Assembly: GCF_036971445.1 (NCBI RefSeq) | Contig: NC_091472.1 | Span: 204,538,001 to 204,602,000 of the forward strand | DNA length: 64,000 nucleotides | From: Narcine bancroftii | Taxonomy: Eukaryota | Direction: 5' to 3' | In this document: positions 24,301 through 34,712 of the stretch, piece by piece | How positions within the stretch are numbered: the first letter of the stretch is position 1 | How the letters are laid out: the number at the start of each line of letters is the position of its first letter | The notes under the pieces: generated by a model | What the model was told of the DNA's origin: nothing | Database searches by the model: none | The model's input: only the letters and a program-made list of their open reading frames with translations | Translations under genes and position numbers: made by a program

Positions 24301-26237
24301 GGCTGCTGGCTACTAACAGGATCTGGTGCTCACTCGGGGATGTGAGGAGAGCAAGGCGGTTGACTAACCCCTGGTCAATAAAACTTTCAGTGCTTCCACT
24401 ACCTATTAAGCAATTTACCCTCACATCATTAATTTTGATGCACACAGTGGATCAGATAAATTGTGTGGACTCGCCTGATTCATGCATAGGGAAGCAAATC
24501 TGGCGTGTCCTTCGAGTCCTTCCATCCGATAGTACTCAGTGTCATATTCATCTCCTGAAGACTGTGTCCTCTGCTCTGTAGCATTTGTCCAAGATGGCTG
24601 GCTGCACATGGCATTCTTCTTCTGTTTGTCTGTGGAGAAAGAAGAGCTTTCCCGCCTCTCATTAGCATGCAAATGGGCCTTGGGGCTTCTGCAGACTTTT
24701 GCATAATGCCCACGTTTTCCACAGTTGGAACAGATATTTTCTTTGGCAGGGCAGAGGGCTCTGAGGTGCTTTCTTTGTCCACAGAAAAAGCACTTGGGAC
24801 CCTCAAGGTGCTGCTGCTGCTGTGAATTCCTGTGAGGCAGCATATTTTTCTTTTCGTGGGGCAAGAGAGTCCAGCAGTGTGACGCTTGTCCCAGCCCCAG
24901 GGTCCTGTGAGTACTCCTCCAATTCTTTCCTGGTGCTTTCTAAAGCTTCTGCAATAATCTCTGTCTCATCTAGCCCCACCATTCCTTTCTCCAGCAATCG
25001 ATGACTCATCTCAGTGGACAGTATGCCAGCAACAATTCTGTCCCTAATAAGGTCCTCCGCATACTCCTGAGTTGATACTGCTTTAAAGTTGCAGCTTCTC
25101 GCCAGGTCTTTCAGAGAGTATAAGTCTCTGGCAGACTCCCCTACTTGTTGTGACTTGGTCATGAGTCTGTACCGGGAGTTCGCTATCCCCCTTACTGTAA
25201 TGCCTCTGTAAAATGCTCATTGCCTCTTGGTAGGTCCTGGCATCCTGTATAAAGGAGTAAGGGTGGTCTCCCAGCTGCACTAACAGCAACATTAATAGCT
25301 CTTTATCCAATGCCTCAGCACCCTCCACATAATTCAGAAAGCATCTTTGCCAGTGGCCGAAGTGCATGCCGGCTCCGTGATTTCTGGGGCCGAGCTCCAG
25401 CCTGTCTGGTCACAGCACATGGCTAAGCCACAGTCTCTGGTCCCTTAGGTGTAGCAAGGGTAGACCCTGGGGTACTGGGAGCTACTGGTAGAGCCTCTGT
25501 GGGGTTTGTGTCTGCTGGAGGAGTTACCTGGGTGTTTGGGGTTGTTGGCTGAGTCTCTGGCTTTGGGACACTTGCAGCAGCCTTAGGGAGAATCCCAGTG
25601 GTAGTGTCAGGATTCCGTGGTACTGGAGAAACTGCTGCTGGGGGAATGACAGTAGCAGTGTCTGCTTTCTCTGGCTCTGGAGTGGTTTGGAATTCTGCAC
25701 ATACATGGCGATCAGGAGCATGACTTGTGGAGATCCTTCCACCTGCGCTTGTAGTGGCTCCTTTCTGATTGGACTGGGGTTTAGGGTCAGCGGTGCCTGT
25801 ACCGGCGAACCCATGGGCAGGCAGGGCTCTTGGCCGTTTCCTTACCTGCCCTATAGTACTTCTGTGGTCTTCCCCATATTCCACCATGATTCCAGTACAG
25901 CAGTCCCTCGCCATCTCTGTCCTCGGATGCACGTGTGTGCTAGTCGTCCCCGGATTCCATTCCTCAGGAAGAGTCTCCAGGTTGTCGGGAATGCGCGTTG
26001 GAGCAGAAGCAGCTTTCATCCTAGTAGCTATCATATTAGTTTATTAAATTGTACTGACAATAACCACACCAGCCATGCGAGTATAAGACAGGTTTAAAAA
26101 ACTAATATGTACACTAAGAGGTCTTGTCTCTCTGCAAGACCAAACTGGAAGGCTAGACTGTGGCTCTGGACTGCTTTATATACAAGGACACCGGGGTGAC
26201 CCCTGGTGACCTAATGGTGTAATGACATATCACCACA
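21362..26237 (-). mobile_element. Full-length, degenerate Ty3/Gypsy LTR retrotransposon
   Basis: 188-bp LTRs 21362-21549 and 26050-26237 (TG..CA); 5-bp TSD AAACC; PPT next to the left LTR; gag (LxPDRLEL..FGHWQRCF, two CCHC knuckles), PR (LIGSGSTESFI), RT (FSTIDLKAAYHQ, YLDN), RH (DASD), IN (PFERLSLDFKG, IHTDRG); many stops and frameshifts. Confidence 0.95.
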
Positions 26238-26749
26238 AAACCATTCTGAAAACAACGGCCCTCCGTTTAGCAGAGCACTCGCAAGATCGACTTCCGCTGA
26301 ACATCCTTCCTCAAATGTGGCCACACTCGCCAAAGCGGAGCGCAGCGCCACAGAAATCCCCCCTGTGCGTATGACTCTGATCGGCGTCTTACAGGACAGG
26401 AAGCCGAACTCAGGCGGAGTTCATTCTTTTAAAATCATTTTTATGGAGGTTTACCCGAAAAAAAGCAGTAAATCAATTGCAATGAGATTTACAACTCATT
26501 ACATATGGTACAGTAGCAATGCGACTCAATTCTAAATCCAATAAATGGTAACACTTACAATATTGTAAGAGATAAGTCAGAACAAAAATGAAACGAAATC
26601 AAGCCCACGGCGATCACGGTTACAATTCATGTTGAGAGTCGTGTAAATCTGAACAAGCGACCTCAGGGGTTCCAAACAAGCCCGCCCAGTGACATTCATC
26701 ACCGCACCTGATCAGTCCGATGATGGAAGTGAGCTAGAAATGGGCCCCA

Positions 26750-27520
26750 CGTCTTACCGAAAGAAATCTTCATTTTCGTGACATTTGTGCCTAATTTTCT
26801 CTAGATTTAAAAAGGACATAATATCTAATATCCATTGATTATGTGCAGGTGGGAACTCGTCTTTCCATTTTAACAAGATTGTTCTTTTTACTAATAAAAT
26901 GGGGAATGGTATAACCTGTCTTTGGATAGAAGATAAATAATATTTTAAAAATTTAAATAAAAAAAATTAAAATGAAAAAAAAAAAATCTTTAGAAAAACC
27001 AAACAGGACAATTACCGGACATAGATCTGAAGTGATCCCAAATAGGGTTGAAAAAGTTCTAAAAATGTCGGTCCAATTTTATTATTGCAAGTTAGGGCAA
27101 GCCCAAAACACGTGTAGCAAAGAGGCATCGAATATTTCACCTTTGTCAGAAAGTGAATTCATATCAGAATAAATTTGAGCAGGTTTGACTTTGGAGAAAT
27201 GGACACGATGTGGCACTTTGAATCGAAAATACTCTGCCCAGCGCAAAATCATGAACCGTAAATCAGGCCCCATAACTGAAGTCCCTTCTTCCTCTGAGGA
27301 AGAGATATTCCGATCATTCTCCCATTCACCTTTAATTCCACTTCAATAGATTGCTTTCACATTCATTAGTTTATAAAGCAGATATCATGCCTTCATGAGA
27401 TTTCAACTCATAAATTGTTTCTGGACTGCGTTTTGTCGGACAAACCAATAAGTGTAAAACCATTTTGCCACATTTAAAAAAAAAATCATCAGATGCCCTT
27501 CTCTGGAAGAATTTGTTGTC
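26750..27520 (-). mobile_element. L1-clade LINE 3' fragment
   Basis: FKVPHRVHFSKVK...ASLLHVFWACPNLQ, the C-terminal cysteine-rich region. Confidence 0.7.
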
Positions 27521-27584
27521 GAATTAAATGATTCTTTAATTAAGTTATGACATTTATGGTGAAAAATTTAAAAATCGTTTCTCT

Positions 27585-27900
27585 TCAGAGAACAATTGAA
27601 CACTACAACACAGAAACAGGCCCTTCTGCCCTTTCAGACTGCACCCAGTGCTTAGCCCTCCCATTCACGTACCTGTCCAAATTCTTCTTAACTGGTAAAA
27701 TTGAGCCCGCATTCACTGCTTCAGCTAGCGGCTGGTTCCATACCCCTACCACTCTCTGCGTGAAAAAGTTTCCCCTACACTTTTCCCCTTTCACCTTTAA
27801 CCCATGTCCTCTGGTTTGTATCTCACATACCCTCAGTGGGGAAAAAGCTGATCTATATTTATCCTGTTTATTCCCCTCATAATTTTGTTTACCTCTGTCC
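27585..27900 (-). mobile_element. CR1 LINE 3' fragment
   Basis: TRGHGLKVKGE..RGNFFTQRVVGVWN. Confidence 0.85.
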
Positions 27901-28700
27901 ATATTTATGAAAATTTTTACTCTTCGTGGTTAATTATTTCTTAACTTGCTTAACGTGTTTTAGGCACCTGGGAAGCTGCCACAAGATTTTCATGTCATCC
28001 GTACATGGTGCTAATGTACATGACAACCAACTCTTCAGTCATTCAATCTTTAGACCATTCATTCAATCTATTGTCCAGTACATGTTATATGCCTCTCTGC
28101 CCAATGGATGCGGACGTTTTCGAGTCTGATGATGGGCCCTTTTCCTGGACAGCCCGAGAAAGGATTGGATTAAAGCCGTTGGAGCTGGGAGACAACTCAC
28201 CCCCACCCCAACCTCCCGTCCCGTCCCCTCATCACACGCCAAATATTTGCTACTTTAGTAGGACGCAAGAGACAGTCAGCAAAAAGTTTGCAGTGGTTCA
28301 GTGATTCTCCTGCCTCTCTGGACAAACTAATCTGTGTACTTCACCCGAATCGGTGGCATTATTATTTTAAATAAATAGAGAGAGAAAATCCTGGAAAACC
28401 GCAGCAGATCAGCGGACAGTTGAAACATTTCGGGTGCATTTGCAACTTCCTTTTCAGTGGGAGAGATGAAGCAAGACCGGGTGTGTCCTTTTATCCCTGT
28501 TGATCAATGTCGGCGTTTTAAAATTTTATTTCTGATATCCAAAATTGCTCTTTTATTTACCAGTTTTATCCGATTCCATTCAAGACATTCGCCTGCGCAC
28601 CAACGCGCGTGTCACTGCATTGATACATGGTCTCGTCTTCCATAATCAGATACAAATTTTCTCATTCAGGAGACCCCACTCCCTTCCAGAGCCTGTGGAT

Positions 28701-29078
28701 CAGTGGTTCCCAATTATTTTCTTCCCGCTCACATCCCACTGTAAGTAATCCCTGTGCCATCAGTGCTCTGTGATGAGTAAGGGATTGCTTAAGGTGCGAT
28801 GCGGATGGGAAGGGAAGGTTGAGAATCACTGCTCTAAACCCAATTTTTACTGAAATATTTTGTTTGAAAAAAATTGTCAATTGACCCATTTCCTTTGGAG
28901 GTATGAAACCGTGTACATAACGAGCCAATTAAGGACGATTAAAACAGGGGTTTTCAAACTTTTCCTTCCTACCCACATCCCACCTTAAGCAATCCCTTAC
29001 TAATCACAAAACACCGATGGCAGAGGGAATACTTAAGCTGGAATGTGAGCTGGGTGGGGGGCAGTTTGAAAACCACTG
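28701..29078. mobile_element. Palindromic hAT MITE family copy, just 3' of the IgL polyA signal
   Basis: CAGTGGTTCCCAA / TTTGAAAACCACTG termini; shared modules. Confidence 0.85.
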
Positions 29079-29201
29079 GTGTAGAATGTCACAATAATTA
29101 CAAAATTGAACAACTATATCCGATTTGGGAAATCGCCATTGATTGAAACAGAGGCATCTGCCAGAAAAGACGGGCAAATTCTGAGATAATGCAAAATGCA
29201 G

Positions 29202-29207
29202 TTTATT
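29202..29207 (-). terminator. Putative IgL polyadenylation signal AATAAA
   Basis: TTTATT on + strand ~210 nt past the CL stop codon. Confidence 0.65.
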
Positions 29208-29413
29208 ACTTGGTGTAATTGATCAAATCGCATCTAACCTTCGATGCATCTTGGAAGTCGTAGAACGCTAGTGAGCGGAATCAAGTAAGCAAAATACACA
29301 ATCTTGCTGATTTTATGGCTTTCGTTACAAAAATCACCAAACTGAAATTGCAAAATTTAAAAAAAAACAGTCACATGCTGACAAATATAACAGATCAGTA
29401 AAGGATCGTTGAC

Positions 29414-29736
29414 TCAGATACAGCTCGATTTCGCGATGTTTGTCTTCATCGGATTTGCCAGGGTCTCATGTTTAACCACACAAGAGTAAAGTTCGTGCGA
29501 GTTCCAGTCTGAGGCTGACAGAGTCAGATAACTGCTCGCACTGAACGTGTTGTCTGTCTCCTGTTGGACCGGGCTGGTCGCAGCGCCGTTCCTTACCTCA
29601 CTGCCGTCCACGGTCCACTCAATGTCCAAGGCGCCCGGAATAAACCCGCTCACCAAACACACTAGGGTGGCCGTGTCCTTCGTTGCGATCTCGACGGCTG
29701 AAGGTCGGAGGACGGACACCACGGGGGGCTGTGACA
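29414..29736 (-). CDS. Immunoglobulin light chain constant exon (type II/lambda)
   Basis: Acceptor TTTTTCAG at 29737; PPVVSVLRPS..EI..KDTATLVCLVSGF.PG...IEWTVDG...SSYLTL...W.SHELYSCVVKHE...SSCI*; both C1-set cysteines, Trp and the C-terminal interchain Cys present; phase 1. Confidence 0.97.
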
Positions 29737-30004
29737 CTGAAAAATAGAAACAAGTGTGTTTGAACATCCATTCGATCTTAGTCGCTTTGAAATTCGGAGA
29801 GGGACAAATTGTAGTTGTCGGCCCTTTGTCTCCTCGAGCCGATTTCGGCTTTTAGGAAGATCCTGATTGATCTTCTATTTCAGGAGAACTTTCCCGCACT
29901 GAGACAATATTCTTCAATTCCTTGAATACTCCAAATCTCTCTCGAATGAGAATCCAGAGACAATTCCAAAATTTCTCTCTACCCCAGTGGGCCTGCTTAT
30001 ATTT

Positions 30005-30212
30005 TGAAAATATTTTGCTTGAGAAAAATGATAATTGGCCCATTTCGTGTGTATAACGAGTCAATTAGGGACGATTAAAACAGTGGCTCTCAAACTTTTT
30101 ATTTCCACACACATCCCACCTTAAGCAATCTCATACTAATCACAGAGCACCGATAGCAGAGGGATTACTTACAGTGGGATGTGAGTGGAAAGGGAAAAGG
30201 TTGAGAACCACT
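30005..30212. mobile_element. Palindromic hAT MITE partial copy in the IgL J-C intron
   Basis: One spacer plus one hairpin module of the family. Confidence 0.8.
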
Positions 30213-30781
30213 TTCCCTTTTGTTGAAAATATTTATCGGCCGTCAACAGCCAACTTCTTTTTTTGAGACTGCGAGCTGTCAAGTGACGTGTCATCTACCC
30301 TGTCAACCCTATTAAAAATATTGCATGTTCCTCGGAAATCATTTTAAGGTACAGTCAACTTAATATCCCCAGTTTAATGGCCGGGCAATTCATCCCACGG
30401 AGCCCTCGCCCATTCCAACCTGATTCCCCGATGAAGCAAAGTGTAAAAAAAATGCTGTGATGTTCCCGGTCCTTTAACACAGAAGATTAAAAATCTGCAG
30501 CCCAGTGCAATCCCTTCGGCCCACAGTGCTCTGCCTTCTTTAAGAAGTGCCAGAAAATCCCCTGACGTCCATTTTTCTCAGAATAGTCTCTTAAAAGATT
30601 TTTAACATCCGCAGATATTAATATTTTTAATACGTCCAATGATGGTTTTTTTTCTGAAATCGTCAGATGAAAGAGATACAATTGATATCAAAATGCTTTA
30701 CGCAATGAATAATGCCTTGTTGAAATGAATGGAAAACGCTTAAATGAAACGATTAATTTAGATTGAATATAATTGACTTAC

Positions 30782-31111
30782 TGCCCAAATTCAGCTTCGT
30801 TCCTTTACCAAAGGTGCGCGCTGCAAAACAATAATAATCAATAGCGTCTTCGGGTTGCGCTCCGGTTATAGTTAAATGCATTTTGTTACTCGATCCGTCC
30901 ACTGAACCATCAAATCGATCTGGAATCTCCGAAGGTCTGCCGTTGCTCTCGGACCAGACAAGCCGTGGAACACCGCCGGGCCTCTGCCAGTACCAGCTGC
31001 AGTACCAATCGCTTATGCTGCCGCCTGACATGGTACAGCTGATCTTGATGGTTTCCCCCGGAGAGGCGGAGATGGAGTTTGGTTGGGTCAAAGTAGCATC
31101 CGCGTCTGTGC
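30782..31111 (-). CDS. Germline-joined V-J exon of the Ig light chain
   Basis: Acceptor CCAG|G at 31112/31111, donor A|GTAAGT at 30782/30781; DATLTQPNSISASPGETIKISCTMSGGSISDWYCSWYWQRPG...DYYCFAARTFGKGTKLNLG; continuous frame, no RSS between V and J. Confidence 0.97.
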
Positions 31112-31242
31112 CTGGCGGAAAATAAAAATCAATTTCAGACCATGGAATTCGGTGCGACCACGGAAACTGACTTCTGACGAGACGCACACAAGTCAGTTAA
31201 CCCGATCACTGCGCAAGCCCACACGTATTATACAGTACTTAC

Positions 31243-31291
31243 CATGGAGACAAAGGACCAGTCCGAAGAGAACTCCAACCCACGACCTCAT
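31243..31291 (-). CDS. Ig light chain leader exon (MRSWVGVLFGLVLCLH/G)
   Basis: ACCATG start at 31291, 49-nt exon, donor G|GTAAGT, phase 1 compatible with the V exon. Confidence 0.93.
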
Positions 31292-31390
31292 GGTGGGAAG
31301 GTTGCCCGAAGAATCGAGTCAGAATGGTTCTGAACTGCAACTTCTTCCACTCGCTCTTAAACGCGTTTTAAGACGGTCCGAACCTGCCAG

Positions 31391-31417
31391 TATATTTATG
31401 CTGTCATTCATGCAAAT
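31391..31417 (-). promoter_or_regulatory. Ig light-chain promoter: octamer + TATA-like box
   Basis: ATTTGCAT on the coding strand (31410-31417, light-chain orientation), then TAAATATA (31391-31398), ~100 nt upstream of the ATG. Confidence 0.9.
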
Positions 31418-32529
31418 ATGTTCTCATGTAGTCACGCCTCCTGGTCTTGTGACAAGTGGTATCCGCACCTCAGACACACTTTACAGTGGAAAAACAATAT
31501 GTCACAGCGTCATCCTGGTGTAAATGGAGGAAACTCGAGAACCACAATGGTTGTCGCTGTGAGAAAATGGGCATTCCAAGTTCTACAATTCTAAAGTTTT
31601 GTCGAGAGGGAATTCATGGAGAATAAAGAGATCCAAAAGTCCAGAAGAATCAATAAACCGTGGCTTGATTTTGTAAGATTCTATAATATTTAAAAGGAGA
31701 AGGGGGGGGGGGGTATAAATGGGAAAGGTTTCCGCCGATTCTCAAGTCTTCTCCCGCCATCAATTGGACCGTGTACCTCAACTCCAATTGCACTGGACAA
31801 CCAAGATTTTGCTTCCTGAACACTTCTGGGCATATTATAGGGATGTGGGGCTGTTGATCACGAAAATCGCCTGAAAGGTTTGCTCTCTTTTAGATACAAG
31901 CTATTATTGTGATTTCCTGTCATATTTCTAACATGCGCCGTTGAAAAATTCATTTCCTGCATTCGCCCTTGGACTTCGTCCCTCCTGACCTTGGTGGAGT
32001 CCGCGACGAACATTGCGACCATGGGAAAAGCGGTATTAGGGCGACTGCAATTCATCCAATGCTGGCCCACTGTTGTTGGACACTGACACGAAAATCGGCG
32101 GCAAAACATTTTTTAGGTCAGTTGAATTCACGCAATGTGTCCGCATCACGATACCATTATACAGCTACACTCAGTCAAAGTTAATTTAATATTTGTCCAA
32201 CCTCCTACGCGATACTGCAATCTAAAATCATCTTACGTGTTCGTAATCCTATTTTTTTTTTACCCCAAACGTTATGAAAAACAATGTTGTGCAATGTTAT
32301 TCGTCTTAGCGTAGGATGCAAGGCCGAAATGAAGGAAGTCATTTTTAAATGATGTAATCCATTATAGCGCAGAAAGAGAGATGGAGCCCCCTCAACAGCG
32401 ACTGATCGACCAGCCCTCTCCCGACTCACCGTCGATGATTTACCCTCAAATTCTGATAGGATTCGTTTTCGACAACCTGATTGGGTCTGTTTTCACCATC
32501 TTTCTCTGCGTTCCGAAATCATTAAGCCT

Positions 32530-34010
32530 CGGCTGTGCTTTCTCAATCTTTTTTTAATTGGTTTTAACATAGACAAACTATATGGGTATATGTGGTAATA
32601 ATAAAGTAAATTAATATCGAGTTACAAGAATCAAGTAACAATGAACAAGGTAACACAGAACCTATGTTATTAAATGGAAAATAGTAAACGAGAAAGAAAA
32701 ACAGTTTCCTACACTAAGAATCAAACTCATCCCCCACCGCCCACCATGAGGGCTGCTGGGTCGTAAAAAATCAGAGATAATTAATCTATAATTTTTGAAA
32801 GGAATTGAGAAAAGGACCACAAAGAGAAGGAAAGTTGAGATCCATTGCAGTAGCGGAACGCGTACATATTTTTTCACTCTAGAGACAGACATGCCATCAC
32901 ATGCAACATCCATTGAGTAGGAGTGGGAGGGACAAAATCTTTCCATCCCTGCAACATGGCGCTTCTAGTGATGAGGGAAACAAAAGCCAAGACACGGGGT
33001 TGTGACAAAATCAGTATTAAGTCCATTGGCCCCACTCACTCTCCAAAGACAGCAACAGGAGTCAATTGAAGAGACAAGGATATAGCCAAAACATATGCGA
33101 CAATGCGCCTTCCTCGGTTATGTATTTATCACATCGAGAGGTAATATTAGGATAAAATTTAGCTAACTGAACCATGTGCTCGATGGACGACTTTAAATTG
33201 AATTCATGAATGTCTTGCGCAGAGAAGATGAGTGAACACGTTTCAAAATAGTTTCAATGTAGTTTCGGCAAATGGTTGTTGACAGTCTGGTTTCAATATT
33301 TTCTTAATACCACCCAGGGAACTATCCCTAGATCTTGAGAACCGTTCATAAAGGGCAGAAGGGAATCTTTCGTGATTGGGTTTAAAACTGTATACATCCC
33401 AAATAAGTTTAAACATTTAAATCCTGGGGAAGCTTCAACGTTAAAGAATTTAAGAAGGTCCTAATCTGGAAAAAAAAGTGACGTTTAGGTATTTTAAATT
33501 TAACAGATAATTGTTGAAAAGCAAGCACGTTTTAGATCTAGAAAAGATTGGATACCCAAGCTCAGTCATTGAGTGTAACCGATATCTTGGACCGAAGGTT
33601 AAAAAGACGTTACGGAGAATAGGGCTAATCAATAAAGACCTACGGACACCAAAATGTTTTCTGAATTGAAGGCAAATTCTCAAAACGTGCCTGACTACAG
33701 AATTATCAGTTAACTTGGAAGCCACAAAAGGCAAGCATCGAAAGGAGAGGCTACCGTTTAGTAGACTAGGTCTAGGTCAAGACTCTAGGTCAAGTCATCT
33801 TGACATTACAAATAGTAATGCATCTAACATTCGTTTCCAGGTAATAAGATATAAATTAGTTCATGCCAAACCTCCATTTATTTTAGCACTTTGAAGGAAT
33901 TTCTTTTTGAGGAAGGGGCGCTTGTTTTTCCAAACAAAAGAGAATCTAATTATTTTTTTTAAAGGTATTTAGGAACAAAAACCAGTTAAGCTTGAAAAAT
34001 ATTTAAGAAT
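32530..34010 (-). mobile_element. Degenerate L1-clade LINE 3' region
   Basis: - strand reads as L1 ORF2 C-terminal remnants (GGLA.. ~33870, VVRHVLRI..QFRKHFG, QFK.VHRA ~33190) with an A-rich tail ~32550. Confidence 0.7.
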
Positions 34011-34712
34011 TATCTTCAGCTGTGCTTTTAAAAAAACGTATTTGAATACATGCCACCCATTCCCCTTTCTTTCTCCGTGCCTGGACCCGTCACGATTTTG
34101 CACCAGACACCAATCGCGCCCGCCCCAAGTGATATCGCCCAAACTCGGCATCCTTGGAATGAGAACGGATGGAATACAACGGGGAGGAGGGAGTTGCAGA
34201 TTCATTATACATAGGAGGGGCATTAATCTTCATTGAAATTCATCATCACACGGCGATATTTCTGCTCTAGAATCTTCAAATGCCCTGAGGAATTTCATTA
34301 ATACATTTGATTCATTCTTAAACGCACACACAGATGTGCACCAATCAAAATATAATTAATATTCAGAGCCATACTGAATAGAATTGGGTCATATGTTTGT
34401 TCGGACTGTGGGGACGGGCGGAAGAGTTGGTGCTCAGTCCCCAGCGAATTTGATGATCCAATGCACCTGCCATTCAGTGCAGTGGTTACAGCGTGTTGCA
34501 ATTAATTCATTGTCGCCACCCACCCATTCTCCAAAGAACAATGTTAAAGGTTGGGCATTTTGATAAGGTGCTTTAATGACGACAATCTTTAACTTATTTC
34601 AAATTATTTTCAATCGTGTGCGTTAAATATCTCCACTGATATTAAAAAATAAAGGCCCGCCGCGGAGTTCAGGCTGAGCTTTCCGATCTTTAATCGCTAC
34701 TTGAATTCCTCT

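Noticed and set aside
30522-30550. RSS heptamer CACAGTG in the J-C intron
   Set aside because: No nonamer at 12 or 23 nt; lies in a CR1/SINE tail-like sequence
30753-31187. 144-aa and 117-aa ORF-track products as standalone proteins
   Set aside because: Their ends are intronic; true exons are set by splice sites at 31111/30782 and 29736
31083-31523. 146-aa antisense ORF over the IgL leader and promoter
   Set aside because: Non-ATG start, no domain, shadow of the IgL gene
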